DNA of 64,000 bases from Candidatus Oxydemutatoraceae bacterium (GTDB lineage: Bacteria > Pseudomonadota > Gammaproteobacteria > Poriferisulfidales > Oxydemutatoraceae): assembly GCA_965220085.1 (NCBI GenBank), contig CBDCOZ010000003.1, positions 1,792,001-1,856,000 of the forward strand, in the 5' to 3' direction. The notes under the pieces are model-generated. The model was given only the letters and a program-made list of their open reading frames with translations, ran no database searches and was not told where the DNA came from. Shown here one piece after another: positions 43,101 to 50,214 of the stretch. Every line of letters starts with the position of its first letter. Positions within the stretch are counted from its first letter, which is position 1. A program made the position numbers and the translations under genes.

Positions 43101-46100
43101 TCGTAATCGGCACGGCAAATTGAACCGCACTGCGAACCGCCTCGCCGCCGTTGACAACAGCGGCAACGCTGTAGCTGATGTCAGAACCTTCGGCAACTTC
43201 GGTATCATCGGTATAGCCCAATGTTGTGATAGCAATAGCGGTAGTAGCAACACCGTTGCGATACACGTTATAAGCAATCTCCGGCGGGGGCGTCCAGTGG
43301 CTTGTGTCGGGTGCCGTCCAACTCAATGTTCTGGATACGCTGGTACCGGTCGTTGCGACCGTCGGGCCTTCGCGTAACTGATAACCGAATCTCTGCCAAC
43401 TCGGATCCGTATTGGGGTCGCCATCAAAGTCAACCTTCAATGCCGGGTATTGATTGGCATCGCCGAAGTCCCAGTAGTCGGTGGGATTGCCATGAGAGTC
43501 ATTCGCATTCCAGTCGGCGTAGATGCCGCTGTAGCCGGTCGGCGCTCGTAACTCGGCACTCGTCGCACCGATGATTCCGGCCGCGGTTGAGGCATCCGTC
43601 CCAATCGCCTGCGCTTGCCCGGATGTGTCCGTATCCCAATAAACCGAAGTGAAGGCCACATCAAAGTCAAAGTTATTGGGAGGCCCCAGTGCCAAAGCAC
43701 TCACCAGTCCGATAACGCCTCCGCTTGGCATTTCGGCGCGAATCAGGGCGGTGGAATAACTGTGCCTGATATCCAGATTCCCCGCATAAGCTAACAAGCC
43801 GCCCGATTCGAGCCCGCCATGGACATGCCCGGTCGCATAGACATGCTCTACGCTGTCTTCGCCATAGCTAAACGCAATCAAACCGCTTTGATATGCGGCA
43901 TCGTATACGCTGCCGCTCGCATAACTCGTACGCACCGTGCTATCCAAGCTGAAACCGACCAGCGAACCGATATAAGCTCCCTCGCTTTGGGCGGGACGCA
44001 ACGATACCGTTGAATAACTGTTCTCAATAACCGTATCAGAAACAGTGCCCGCTAAGCCACCGCCGCCCCAAAAGTTACTGTTCTCACTGGTGACTTCTCC
44101 GCTTATACCGATGTTACTAATCGTCGTATCACCGATGCCGCCAAACAAGCCGAGGGAGTTGATGCTTGTGACATCCCGCTTGGTGTATAGGTTGTGGATT
44201 GTGTGACCGTTACCATTGAATACCCCACTAAAAACACCGCTTAGATTACCTCCGGAGGAATATGCGCTAATCGGGTGCCAGCCGCTCCCGCCTTCGCCCT
44301 TGCTCCAACCTTTGTCAACAGCGCCCGATGCGTAGTCAGTCGCATCGTCAAAATCCAGATCGTTCATCAACTCGTAGCCGATACAAGTGTCAGGGCAGCC
44401 CATGTTGTCGGCGGCATCGGGGAATGCCGCTACATATGTCGGCGTACTCTCGCTAGGTATCCCGTTACCGTCCAAATCAAACCGGATTGCAGCAAGTTGC
44501 TCTAAAGTTGTCACTTCAATCAAGCCATTTTGGTCTTGATCATAGACTATCGTAATCGGCACGGCAAATTGAACCGCACTGCGAACCGCCTCGCCGCCGT
44601 TGACAACAGCGGCAACGCTGTAGCTGATGTCAGAACCTTCGGCAACTTCGGTATCATCGTCATAGGTCAATCTTGTAATGTCAATGGCGGCAGTGGCAAC
44701 ACCGTTGCGATACACGTTATACGTAATCTCCGGCGGCGACTTCCAGTGGCTTGTGTCGGGCGCTGTCCAGCTCAAGGTTCTGGATGCGGTGCTGCCGGTT
44801 ATCGTCACCGCCGGGCCTTCGCGCAACTGATAACCGAATTCCTCCCAACTCGCCGTGCCGCTGTTGTCAAAGTCAACCTTCAATGCCGGGTATTGATTGG
44901 CGCTGCCGAAGTCCCAGTAATCGCTGCGATTGTCGTTCCATTCGTCGTAAATGCCGTTATAGTCCGTCGGCGCTTGCAACTCGGCGGTCGTCGCGCCGAT
45001 GATGCCGGTCGCGGTCGAGGCATCCGTCCCAATCGCCCGCGCCTGCCCGGATGTGTCCGTGTCCCAATAAACCGAAGCAAAGTCCAAATCAAAGTCAAAG
45101 TTATTCAACGCAAAAGAACTGACCAGTCCGATAACGCCTCCGCTTACTGTTTCTTCGGCGCGGATCAGGGCGGTGGAATAACTGTGCCTGATATCCAGAT
45201 TCCCCGCATAAGCTAACAAGCCGCCCGATTCGATCCCGCCATGGACATGCCCGGTCGCATAGACATGCTCTGCGCTGTCTCCGCCATAGCTAAACGCAAT
45301 CAAACCGCTTTGATATGCGGCATCGTATACGCTGCCGGTCGCATAACTCGCAAGCACCGCGCTATCCAAGCTGAAACCAACCAGCGAACCGATATAAGAG
45401 TTCGCGCTTTGGGCCGTGCGCAACGATACCGCTGAATAACTGTTCTCAATCCTCGTGCCGACAACATCGCCGGCTAAGCCGCCTCCGCCCCAAGGAGAGC
45501 TGTTCTCGCTATTGACTTCTCCGCTTATGCCGATGTTGCGAATCGTCGCATTGTCGGTGCCGCCAAACAAGCCGAGGGAGGAGATGCTTGTGACATCCCT
45601 CTTGATGTAAAGGTTGCGGATTGTGTGACCGTTGCCGTTGAATACCCCGGTAAAACGAGCGCTTATATCGCCTGCGGAATATGCGCTGATCGGGTGCCAG
45701 CCGCTCCTGTCTTCGCCCTTGCTCCAACCTTGGTCAACAGCGCCCGAGGCGTAGTTGGCGGCATCGTCAAAGTCCAAATCGTTCATCAACTCGTAGCCGA
45801 TACAGGTGCCGGGGCAACCCATGTTGTCGGCGGCATCGGGGAATGCCGCTACATATGTCGGTGTGCTCTCGCCGGGCACTCCGTCACCGTCAAGGTCAAA
45901 CCGGATTGCGGCAAGTTGCTCCAAAGCGCTGATCTCTATCAGACCGTTGTTGTCGCTATCATAATCAATGAACTGCTGCGCTTGCACTATGTTGCACAGT
46001 GTGAAACCTAAAATAGGTGCGACAAAAGACAGTCTGCCGATTCGCTTATACTGTGATGTCGCCGTCTTTGAAAAAGTCGGCAACTGAGTCCCGACAAATT

Positions 46101-46155
46101 TAAGTAGGGTTATCAGCCCTCCTATCTTTGCCCTCTTAATGCTTTTACCTCTCAT
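34162..46155 (-). CDS. Giant secreted adhesin C (3997 aa): long signal peptide, four tandem GLUG/FN3 head modules, ~19 cadherin-like repeats, C-terminal LRLRLRLFLEGPLR
   Basis: Complete ORF with AAGGAGG RBS 8 nt upstream of the ATG and a VQA|QQ cleavage-like site. Four YDxDxNGLIE..LEQL...QYPALKVDF...QLREGP modules precede the cadherin repeats. Confidence 0.93.
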   Translation of the reverse strand: MRGKSIKRAKIGGLITLLKFVGTQLPTFSKTATSQYKRIGRLSFVAPILGFTLCNIVQAQQFIDYDSDNNGLIEISALEQLAAIRFDLDGDGVPGESTPTYVAAFPDAADNMGCPGTCIGYELMNDLDFDDAANYASGAVDQGWSKGEDRSGWHPISAYSAGDISARFTGVFNGNGHTIRNLYIKRDVTSISSLGLFGGTDNATIRNIGISGEVNSENSSPWGGGGLAGDVVGTRIENSYSAVSLRTAQSANSYIGSLVGFSLDSAVLASYATGSVYDAAYQSGLIAFSYGGDSAEHVYATGHVHGGIESGGLLAYAGNLDIRHSYSTALIRAEETVSGGVIGLVSSFALNNFDFDLDFASVYWDTDTSGQARAIGTDASTATGIIGATTAELQAPTDYNGIYDEWNDNRSDYWDFGSANQYPALKVDFDNSGTASWEEFGYQLREGPAVTITGSTASRTLSWTAPDTSHWKSPPEITYNVYRNGVATAAIDITRLTYDDDTEVAEGSDISYSVAAVVNGGEAVRSAVQFAVPITIVYDQDQNGLIEVTTLEQLAAIRFDLDGNGIPSESTPTYVAAFPDAADNMGCPDTCIGYELMNDLDFDDATDYASGAVDKGWSKGEGGSGWHPISAYSSGGNLSGVFSGVFNGNGHTIHNLYTKRDVTSINSLGLFGGIGDTTISNIGISGEVTSENSNFWGGGGLAGTVSDTVIENSYSTVSLRPAQSEGAYIGSLVGFSLDSTVRTSYASGSVYDAAYQSGLIAFSYGEDSVEHVYATGHVHGGLESGGLLAYAGNLDIRHSYSTALIRAEMPSGGVIGLVSALALGPPNNFDFDVAFTSVYWDTDTSGQAQAIGTDASTAAGIIGATSAELRAPTGYSGIYADWNANDSHGNPTDYWDFGDANQYPALKVDFDGDPNTDPSWQRFGYQLREGPTVATTGTSVSRTLSWTAPDTSHWTPPPEIAYNVYRNGVATTAIAITTLGYTDDTEVAEGSDISYSVAAVVNGGEAVRSAVQFAVPITIVYDQDQNGLIEVTTLEQLAAIRFDLDGNGIPSESTPTYVAAFPDAADNMGCPDTCIGYELMNDLDFDDATDYASGAVDKGWSKGEGGSGWYPISTYTRDDIKDRFTGVFNGNGHTIHNLYIKRNVRVTASLGLFGGIGDTTISNIGISGEVTSENSNFWGGGGLAGTVSDTVIENSYSTVSLRPAQSEGAYIGSLVGFSLDSTVRTSYASGSVYDAAYQSGLIAFSYGGDSVEHVYATGHVHGGVESGGLLSYAGNIDIRHSYSTALVHAEAVSGGVIGLVSSLALAPNNFDFDVAFTSVYWDTDTSGQAQAIGTDASTAAGIIGATSAELRAPTGYSGIYADWNANDSHGNPTDYWDFGDANQYPALKVDFDGDPNTDPSWQRFGYQLREGPTVTTIGSAASRTLSWTAPDTSHWSPAPEITYNVYRNGVATTAIGITTLSYADDTEVAEGSDISYSVAAVVNGGEAVRTAVQFAVPITIVYDQDQNGLIEVTTLEQLDAIRFDLDGNGVPSESTSTYTKAFPDARANMGCPDVCLGYELLNDLDFDDDASYSDAAENKSGWTSDPGWIPIGDDSDNFMATFNGNGHTIYSLYINRGPGRNLSLFDSIGRNSTVSNIGVTGSVLGDGDSVGGLVGELGAGTIEQSYSTVSVSGTNAGSLLGLNDGGTVRLSYASGIVSGIDNMGGLIGNAQGRLSSAQVEHVYATGFVSAPDTLSVAGGLLGSIGQLQLKYAYATGLVVSDTTEGGGLGGTSISSNFVTTAIYWDTETSGKTVAIGEILLGSASGIEGKTSAELQTPTGYDGIYVGWNDGGNSDYWDFGSASQYPALKVDFDNDGMVSWQEFGYQLREGPQDLVALESSGRVTVDWTAPTIPPEWNPPPTITYHIYRDGAALANGTAGMPSTNTSYIDDSITASVGQTYHVAAVIRGGEITRSATVSVEALKVVDTDTTGDANTATIAESATGGTAIADVMLAAQGPDGNVVSGVTWSLSDPADPDLFTINSTSGAITLIASDTLDYEDTGARSHSVTVTAEAGSYRSATLTLTINVLNVLETLTVANSGSGAIELAENATAGAVVPGIALTASDEGNNAVTDLTWSLPDNAGGLFAISAGGEVTVAGALNFEAAGGESHTLMAQAAKDGVTSVAFSITITVENVLETLTIANGGSGAIELAENAPVGTVVPGIALTVSDEGSNMVSGVVWSLTDDAGSLFAITSNTGVITAEGALDYAAATQHTVRAQASKDGIDSNELSLTIAVTDIDETLPQLQIADTDAAGDANTATIAESATGGTAIADVTLAAQDADSNVVSGVTWSLTDPSGSFAIDSANGEITLIAGKTLDYETARSHSVTVTAEASGYQSATLALTINVLNVLETLTVADSDTGDNAIAENATIGTEVSGITLTASDEGSNAVTDLTWGLPDDASGLFAIATDTGVISVAGDLDFEAAGGESHTLMAQAAKDGVTSVAFSITITVENVLETLTIADSDTGANAIAENAPAGTVVPGIALTVSDEGGRPVTDLTWSLPDNAGGLFAISTGGEVTVAGALNFEAAGGESHTLMAQAAKDGVTSVAFSITVTVENVLETLTIANGGSGAIELAENAPVGTVVPGIALTVTDEGGRPVTDLTWSLPDNAGGLFAISTGGEVTVAGALNFEAAGGESHTLMAQAAKDGVTSVAFSITVTVENVLETLTIANGGSGAIELAENAPAGTVVPGIALTVTDEGGRPLTEGLIWSLASAPTGLFGIDTGGVITVTGELDYETSTHHTVMVQATKDGIDSNELSLTIAVTDIDESLPQLQIADTDATGDANTATIAEDASADAAIADVTLAAQDADSNVVSGAVWSLTDPSGLFAIDSANGEITLVASNTLDYETARSHSVTVTAEADGYQPAIVTLTINVTNVLETLTVADSDADANTIAENATIGAEVSGVTLTASDEGSNAVTDLTWSLPDDASGLFAIATNTGVISVAGDLDFEAVGGESHTLMAQAAKDGVTSAAFSITITVENVLETLTIANGGSGAIELAENAPVGTVVPGIALTVSDEGGRPVTDLTWSLPDNAGGLFAISTGGEVTVAGALNFEAVGGESHTLMAQAAKDGVTSVAFSITVTVENVLETLTIANGGSGAIELAENAPAGTVVPGIALTVSDEGGRPVTDLTWSLPDNAGGLFAISTGGEVTVAGALNFEAAGGESHTLMAQAAKDGVTSVAFSITVTVENVLETLTIANGGSGAIELAENAPAGTVVPGIALTASDEGGRPVTDLTWSLPDNAGGLFAISTGGEVTVAGALNFEAAGGESHTLMAQAAKDGVTSVAFSITVTVENVLETLTIANGGSGAIELAENAPAGTVVPGIALTVSDEGGRPVTDLTWSLPDNAGGLFAISTGGEVTVAGALNFEAAGGESHTLMAQATKDGVTSVAFSITVTVENVLETLTIANGGSGAIELAENAPAGTVVPGIALTVSDEGGRPVTDLTWSLPDNAGGLFAISTGGEVTVAGALNFEAAGGESHTLMAQAAKDGVTSVAFSITVTVENVLETLTIANGGSGAIELAENAPVGTVVPGIALTVSDEGGRPVTDLTWSLPDNAGGLFAISTGGEVTVAGALNFEAAGGESHTLMAQAAKDGVTSVAFSITVTVENVLETLTIANGGSGAIELAENAPVGTVVPGIALTASDEGGRPVTDLTWSLTDDADSLFAITSNTGVITAEGALDYAAATQHTVTAQASKDGIDSNQLTLTIAVTDIDETLPQLQIADTDTTGAANTATIAEDATAGTAIAGVTLAAQDTDGTAVSSATWSLTDPSSLFAIGSTSGVITLAASDTLDYEDIGARNHSVTVTAAAAGFMTATLELTINVLNVLETLTIANGGSGAIELAENAPAGTVVPGINLVATENDEVITGAEWMLTDDAGSLFAITSNSGVITAEGALDYAAATQHTVRAQASKDGIDSNELSLTITVQEAASVLRLRLRLFLEGPLR
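35040..37140. repeat. About 6-7 tandem 315-bp cadherin-coding repeats
   Basis: Units at 35254, 35569, 35884, 36199, 36514 and 36829, with further copies at 38110 and 38425. Confidence 0.92.
40270..45965. repeat. Four ~1.44-kb head-module repeats (three closely related, the fourth divergent)
   Basis: The same junction sequence sits at 41638, 43081 and 44530 (spacings 1443 and 1449). Confidence 0.9.
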
Positions 46156-46470
46156 GAAAAATGCCTCCTTGGCATAGCAACTTGAAGTTAATCAAGTTGT
46201 CTAAAATTATTTATTCTTACTAAATGTTTTTCTTAAGTTAGTTATGTATCCCTAAACAAAGAGGAAACATACTACCATATTATTAACATATTATGCACAC
46301 ATTATTAACATCTTACTAATAAGTTACTTATCTGCTTGTTTTTACTATGTTTTTTCCCTGATTAGCCATGTTCCAAGGCTAAATCCGGCCAGTAGCAAGG
46401 CAGTGCCTCATATTTCGGTCATATGCTATATTGAGGCGGTTTCAAACCACAATAAATACCTCAGATACGC
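46156..46470. promoter_or_regulatory. AT-rich divergent promoter region with a palindrome and a direct repeat
   Basis: CAACTTGA-N6-TCAAGTTG at 46178-46199; ATTATTAACAT at 46279 and 46301. Confidence 0.55.
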
Positions 46471-46476
46471 TTGACC

Positions 46477-47244
46477 ATGACCGCAACACAGATGCTTGCC
46501 AGCGTGCGCAACGCACAAGAAGCTCAGACCGTGCTTGATGCAGCTGATATCGGCGTGCTTGATATGAAAGAGCCGGATGCGGGCGCCCTCGGCGCCTTAG
46601 CCGCCGAGGACATCACAGAGATCAATGCCATCGCCAACGGGCGGTGCGCGACCAGCGCCACCGTCGGGGATTTGCCGCCGCAACCGGAGTTGATGTTTGA
46701 TGCGGTACAAAAAACTATCGCGCTAAATGTTACTTATGTCAAAGTCGGATTGTTTGGCAGCGATTACTTGTCCGAATGCCTTGCCGCTTTGCGGCAACTG
46801 GCAACGCAGACAAAACTGATTGGCGTGTTGTTTGCCGGGCACTTCGAGCAGTTTGACGGGCCTTGCCGGCTGTTAAAAGCCGCCGGCTTCCACGGTGCGA
46901 TGATTGACACCGCGGATAAACAAGCGGGCAGCCTGCTTGAAATCATTGGCCGTTCGGTACTGTCTGACTTTGTGGCACAAGCGCGTCGGCTTGACCTGCT
47001 GTGCGGCCTCGCCGGTTCCTTGCGGGCCGACGACATAGATGCGTTGATGCCTTTGAGGCCCGATTATCTGGGGTTTAGAAGCGCTTTATGCGAGCAGGGC
47101 GCGCGGTCGGCGCCTGTCAGCGCCGCTGCCGTCGGCGAGATTGCGACGCGGATTGCCGCTTTCAAACAAACGCCGCAGTCGCTTCGTAGTCCGCAAAATC
47201 ATTCGCTGAGCGCAGGTCAAGCCATTCCTGCGGAGTCACAATAA
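46477..47244 (+). CDS. mfnB: (5-formylfuran-3-yl)methyl phosphate synthase (DUF556, methylotroph Orf22)
   Basis: MLASVRN..EA, LDMKEPDAGALGAL, SATVGDLP, YVKVGL, MIDTADK, GLAGSLR and PDYLGFR are DUF556 hallmarks; gene context agrees. Confidence 0.85.
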   Translation: MTATQMLASVRNAQEAQTVLDAADIGVLDMKEPDAGALGALAAEDITEINAIANGRCATSATVGDLPPQPELMFDAVQKTIALNVTYVKVGLFGSDYLSECLAALRQLATQTKLIGVLFAGHFEQFDGPCRLLKAAGFHGAMIDTADKQAGSLLEIIGRSVLSDFVAQARRLDLLCGLAGSLRADDIDALMPLRPDYLGFRSALCEQGARSAPVSAAAVGEIATRIAAFKQTPQSLRSPQNHSLSAGQAIPAESQ

Positions 47245-47770
47245 CAACGCGCGAACCAAACCGCGCGCACAACGCAGGGAAGCGCTCATCAACCAGATCA
47301 CGCGCGCAAGAAACCCGCCGCGCTGATACGGGCTTTATCAAAACAAGCCACTGTGCCCGCACACGGGCGGCGATGCACAAAGCGATAGAATCCGACGTGA
47401 GTTGCCAGTCCATCCGCATATCCGCTGCGTCGTCCGGCTGCCAGATACCCTGGTTTTCAGACGGGAGCCAGATAGCGCAGGTGTCGGTCGCAAGGCGCTC
47501 TGTGGTCGGCAGGTTTGATTTGGCGGACAAAAGGTAGCCATATTGGCGCATCGCAAGCAACGCCATATTGTGCGCGGTCGCATCGTCAAATCCCCAGCGC
47601 TTTTGCGCACTGCGTACCTGATCGGCGAACACCGCGCCGCCCGGGACGACCAATGCCTTACGCTCAGCAAACAGATGTGCAAGATGCGTCATCACGTGCG
47701 CAAGCGATGGCTGGCGATAGATACTGCCGCCAACTTTAATGACTGTGATTGCGTCATTGCCCGCCGCCAC
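47162..47770 (-). CDS. mfnE: Amino-acid-kinase family protein (Orf21 / MfnE-like furan phosphate kinase)
   Basis: VIKVGGS, VVPGGAVFADQVR, AHNMALLAMRQYG, WQLTSDSIA; gene context agrees. Confidence 0.75.
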   Translation of the reverse strand: MAAGNDAITVIKVGGSIYRQPSLAHVMTHLAHLFAERKALVVPGGAVFADQVRSAQKRWGFDDATAHNMALLAMRQYGYLLSAKSNLPTTERLATDTCAIWLPSENQGIWQPDDAADMRMDWQLTSDSIALCIAARVRAQWLVLIKPVSARRVSCARDLVDERFPALCARFGSRVVIVTPQEWLDLRSANDFADYEATAAFV

Positions 47771-47776
47771 TGCAAC

Positions 47777-49165
47777 TTATCCTTCGGCTTTGGCCAGTTG
47801 GCGGAAAAGCTTAACGATAGAAGACACTTTATCCAGCGTCTCCTGATACTCGGAGTCGGCTTCGGAGTCGGCAACGATACCGCCGCCGCCGAAGAATACG
47901 AACTTGCCATCACGGTAGACCGCCGTGCGGATGGCAATGTTCAGATCCATCTCGTTGCCACCGCCGATGTAACCGATTGCACCGCAATATACGCCGCGGC
48001 GGTCGGGTTCCAACTCTTCAATCACTTCCATTGCCCGCAGTTTCGGCGCGCCGGTGATGGAGCCGCCGGGGAAACACGCCTGCAAAAGGTCAATCGCGTC
48101 CTTATCCGCGGCGAGCTCGCCCTCAATCGTGCTGACCATGTGGTGGACATTGGCAAAACTTTCCACTTCAAACAGGCGGCTGGCTACAACCGAGCCAATC
48201 TTGCAGACCTTGCCGATGTCATTGCGCAAGAGATCCACAATCATCAGATTTTCAGCGCGGTCTTTGTCGCTTGTCCGCAAGGCTGTCTTCTCGCGCTCGT
48301 CCTCCGATGCATTCTCGCAACGCGGACGTGTGCCCTTGATCGGTCGGGTCTGTACTGTGCGGTCTTGCAGGTAGAGAAACCGCTCGGGTGACACACTCAG
48401 CACTTGCAATTCATCAAAGCCGAGGTAGGCGGAGAACGGTGCCGGATTTAACGTGCGTAATTCTTTGTACACTTCGCGCGGGTCGCACGCTACTTCCACA
48501 GAGAACTTCTGTGCCAGGTTGACCTGATAACAATCACCCTCCTTTATATAGTGCTTTATCTTGTTGAAACATCTGACGTATTCGTCCTTGTCTATATTTG
48601 ATACCAACTCGCCCAGCACGCGACACGGAGCGGGGGCGACAGCGGCGGGGGGCGGTGCCGACAGCATCTTGTGCACAGCATCAAACTCCTTTTGCCCGAA
48701 GTCATCATCCGCATATCCTGTCAGCAGTGTCTCGCTACGGCGATGATCGACAACGATTGCCCAGTTATAAATGCCAAGTAATATCTCCGGTATGTTTTCC
48801 TTATCGGATGTCAGTTCGGGCAGATGTTCTATGCGCCGCCCGAGGTCATAAGAGAAATAGCCGATCGCACCACCACTGAAAAGTGTATGCGGTTTATCTT
48901 TGATTTGCGGCAGGTGCGCGCGCACGACATCAAGCGGATTGTCTTTATATATCGCCCGCCTGCCATCGGCTTCGGTGACCACAGTCTCGCCGTCACGGCT
49001 GCGTATCAGCCGGCGGGGGTTAGCCGCCAGAATGTCACAACACTCCCCGGTGCTATCCAACCCGCCGTGGTCCAGAAAGACAATGTTGCGCTCCCCTGCC
49101 AGCCGGTCAAACAGACCGGTGCTGTCTCTTTCATACGGCAATGCTTGCGGTTGGAAAGCTTTCAT
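47777..49165 (-). CDS. pabB: Aminodeoxychorismate synthase component I
   Basis: GAIGYFSYDLG, EGDCYQVNLAQ, SPERFL, TRPIKGTRPR, KDRAENLMIVDLLRND, FPGGSITGAPK. The ATG at 49165 overlaps the upstream TGA (ATGA). Confidence 0.93.
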   Translation of the reverse strand: MKAFQPQALPYERDSTGLFDRLAGERNIVFLDHGGLDSTGECCDILAANPRRLIRSRDGETVVTEADGRRAIYKDNPLDVVRAHLPQIKDKPHTLFSGGAIGYFSYDLGRRIEHLPELTSDKENIPEILLGIYNWAIVVDHRRSETLLTGYADDDFGQKEFDAVHKMLSAPPPAAVAPAPCRVLGELVSNIDKDEYVRCFNKIKHYIKEGDCYQVNLAQKFSVEVACDPREVYKELRTLNPAPFSAYLGFDELQVLSVSPERFLYLQDRTVQTRPIKGTRPRCENASEDEREKTALRTSDKDRAENLMIVDLLRNDIGKVCKIGSVVASRLFEVESFANVHHMVSTIEGELAADKDAIDLLQACFPGGSITGAPKLRAMEVIEELEPDRRGVYCGAIGYIGGGNEMDLNIAIRTAVYRDGKFVFFGGGGIVADSEADSEYQETLDKVSSIVKLFRQLAKAEG

Positions 49166-50214
49166 TGCACACAACCTTGCGCGCGGGCGAGTTGCGCCAG
49201 GCTGAACGCCGTAGCACACTCTGCGAGTTGCGCACTATCCGTTCCTGTGTGCGCAGGCAGTAATTCATCAAAGCGGATGAACGGGCGCGCCAGTTTTTTT
49301 GCAATGGCCTTGACCACAAAGCTGCCGACGCCGGCACCGACCAGCGGTGCATCGCTGCCGATCATTGATGACGCGCTGACTTTCTCAAGGCCTTCAGCAA
49401 TCTTTTGTTGCTGGGCATCGGCAATCGCAGCCGCCGCCCGACGATACAGATCAAACTCCCCGGCATAGTCGTGCCCGAACATGCGAGCGAGCCGTCTGGC
49501 ACTTGCGTGTTCGTCTTTGTCGGCACCATCACAAGTTGGATACATATCCGCGTGCGGGGGCAGCTGCTTCAGCACCCGATAAACATCGGCCGCGGTGGCA
49601 AACATCTCAGCCATGACCGCTTGTTCCCGCCCATCCACATTGAAGCGGTCGCCGAGTGCCATCACCGGCGTCCTTACCACACCGGTATAAACGAGCTCAC
49701 CGGCGAGCAGGCGATCGGCATCGGTCAGTGCGGATGTTTTAACCCGCCCCGATTGAAACGGAATCAAATCGCAAGTCGTACTGCCGATATCAACCACGAC
49801 ACCCTCGGCAAGACGACCGGCGGCAAAGGATGCGGTCGCATACCAGTTCGCCGATGCGATATCCGGTGCATATTGCGCTACCACCGTGCGCTTAACGAAG
49901 CCTGCGGCACCGGCATAGATGGCAAAATCCTGTTGCAACCGTCTTGCCATTGCGGCGACAATCTCTGCGACACCGGTGTTGCGATCGACAAATGCATCGG
50001 TCAGCTCGCCGGTCATCGTCACGGCGTGCCGACTCGCGCTGAGATCGCGCGCATCCGCAATAGCACCCAATACGCCATCAAGCCGATCCATACCTTCCCA
50101 CAACGGGCATGCTTCCTGCGCTACCCACTCGAGCGCGCCATCGTGCGCCACACACACCGCTTTGATATGCGCGCCGCCGACATCCCAGCCGATATGTGTC
50201 GTCTTATCTGTCAT
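49162..50214 (-). CDS. mfnF: Hydantoinase/oxoprolinase-family H4MPT-linked C1 protein (Orf9 / MfnF-like)
   Basis: IGWDVGGAHIK, CPLWEG, VTMTGELTDAF, IASANW, DIGSTTCDLIP, ELVYTGVVRTP, RRLARM. Confidence 0.85.
   Translation of the reverse strand: MTDKTTHIGWDVGGAHIKAVCVAHDGALEWVAQEACPLWEGMDRLDGVLGAIADARDLSASRHAVTMTGELTDAFVDRNTGVAEIVAAMARRLQQDFAIYAGAAGFVKRTVVAQYAPDIASANWYATASFAAGRLAEGVVVDIGSTTCDLIPFQSGRVKTSALTDADRLLAGELVYTGVVRTPVMALGDRFNVDGREQAVMAEMFATAADVYRVLKQLPPHADMYPTCDGADKDEHASARRLARMFGHDYAGEFDLYRRAAAAIADAQQQKIAEGLEKVSASSMIGSDAPLVGAGVGSFVVKAIAKKLARPFIRFDELLPAHTGTDSAQLAECATAFSLAQLARAQGCVQ

Noticed and set aside
41620-45965. Diversity-generating retroelement as the source of loop variation
   Set aside because: No reverse transcriptase or template repeat is present in the window, and the differences include indels and are not evidently adenine-restricted.
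121-46011. Hundreds of + strand ORFs up to 717 aa
   Set aside because: They are antisense shadows of the repetitive minus-strand adhesin genes; they recur with the repeat period and show no independent protein motifs.
1-46155. RTX/type I or autotransporter assignment for the giant proteins
   Set aside because: B and C show no GGxGxD nonapeptide runs or C-terminal beta-barrel, all three have N-terminal signal peptides, and no transporter genes are adjacent; A's C-terminus is outside the window.
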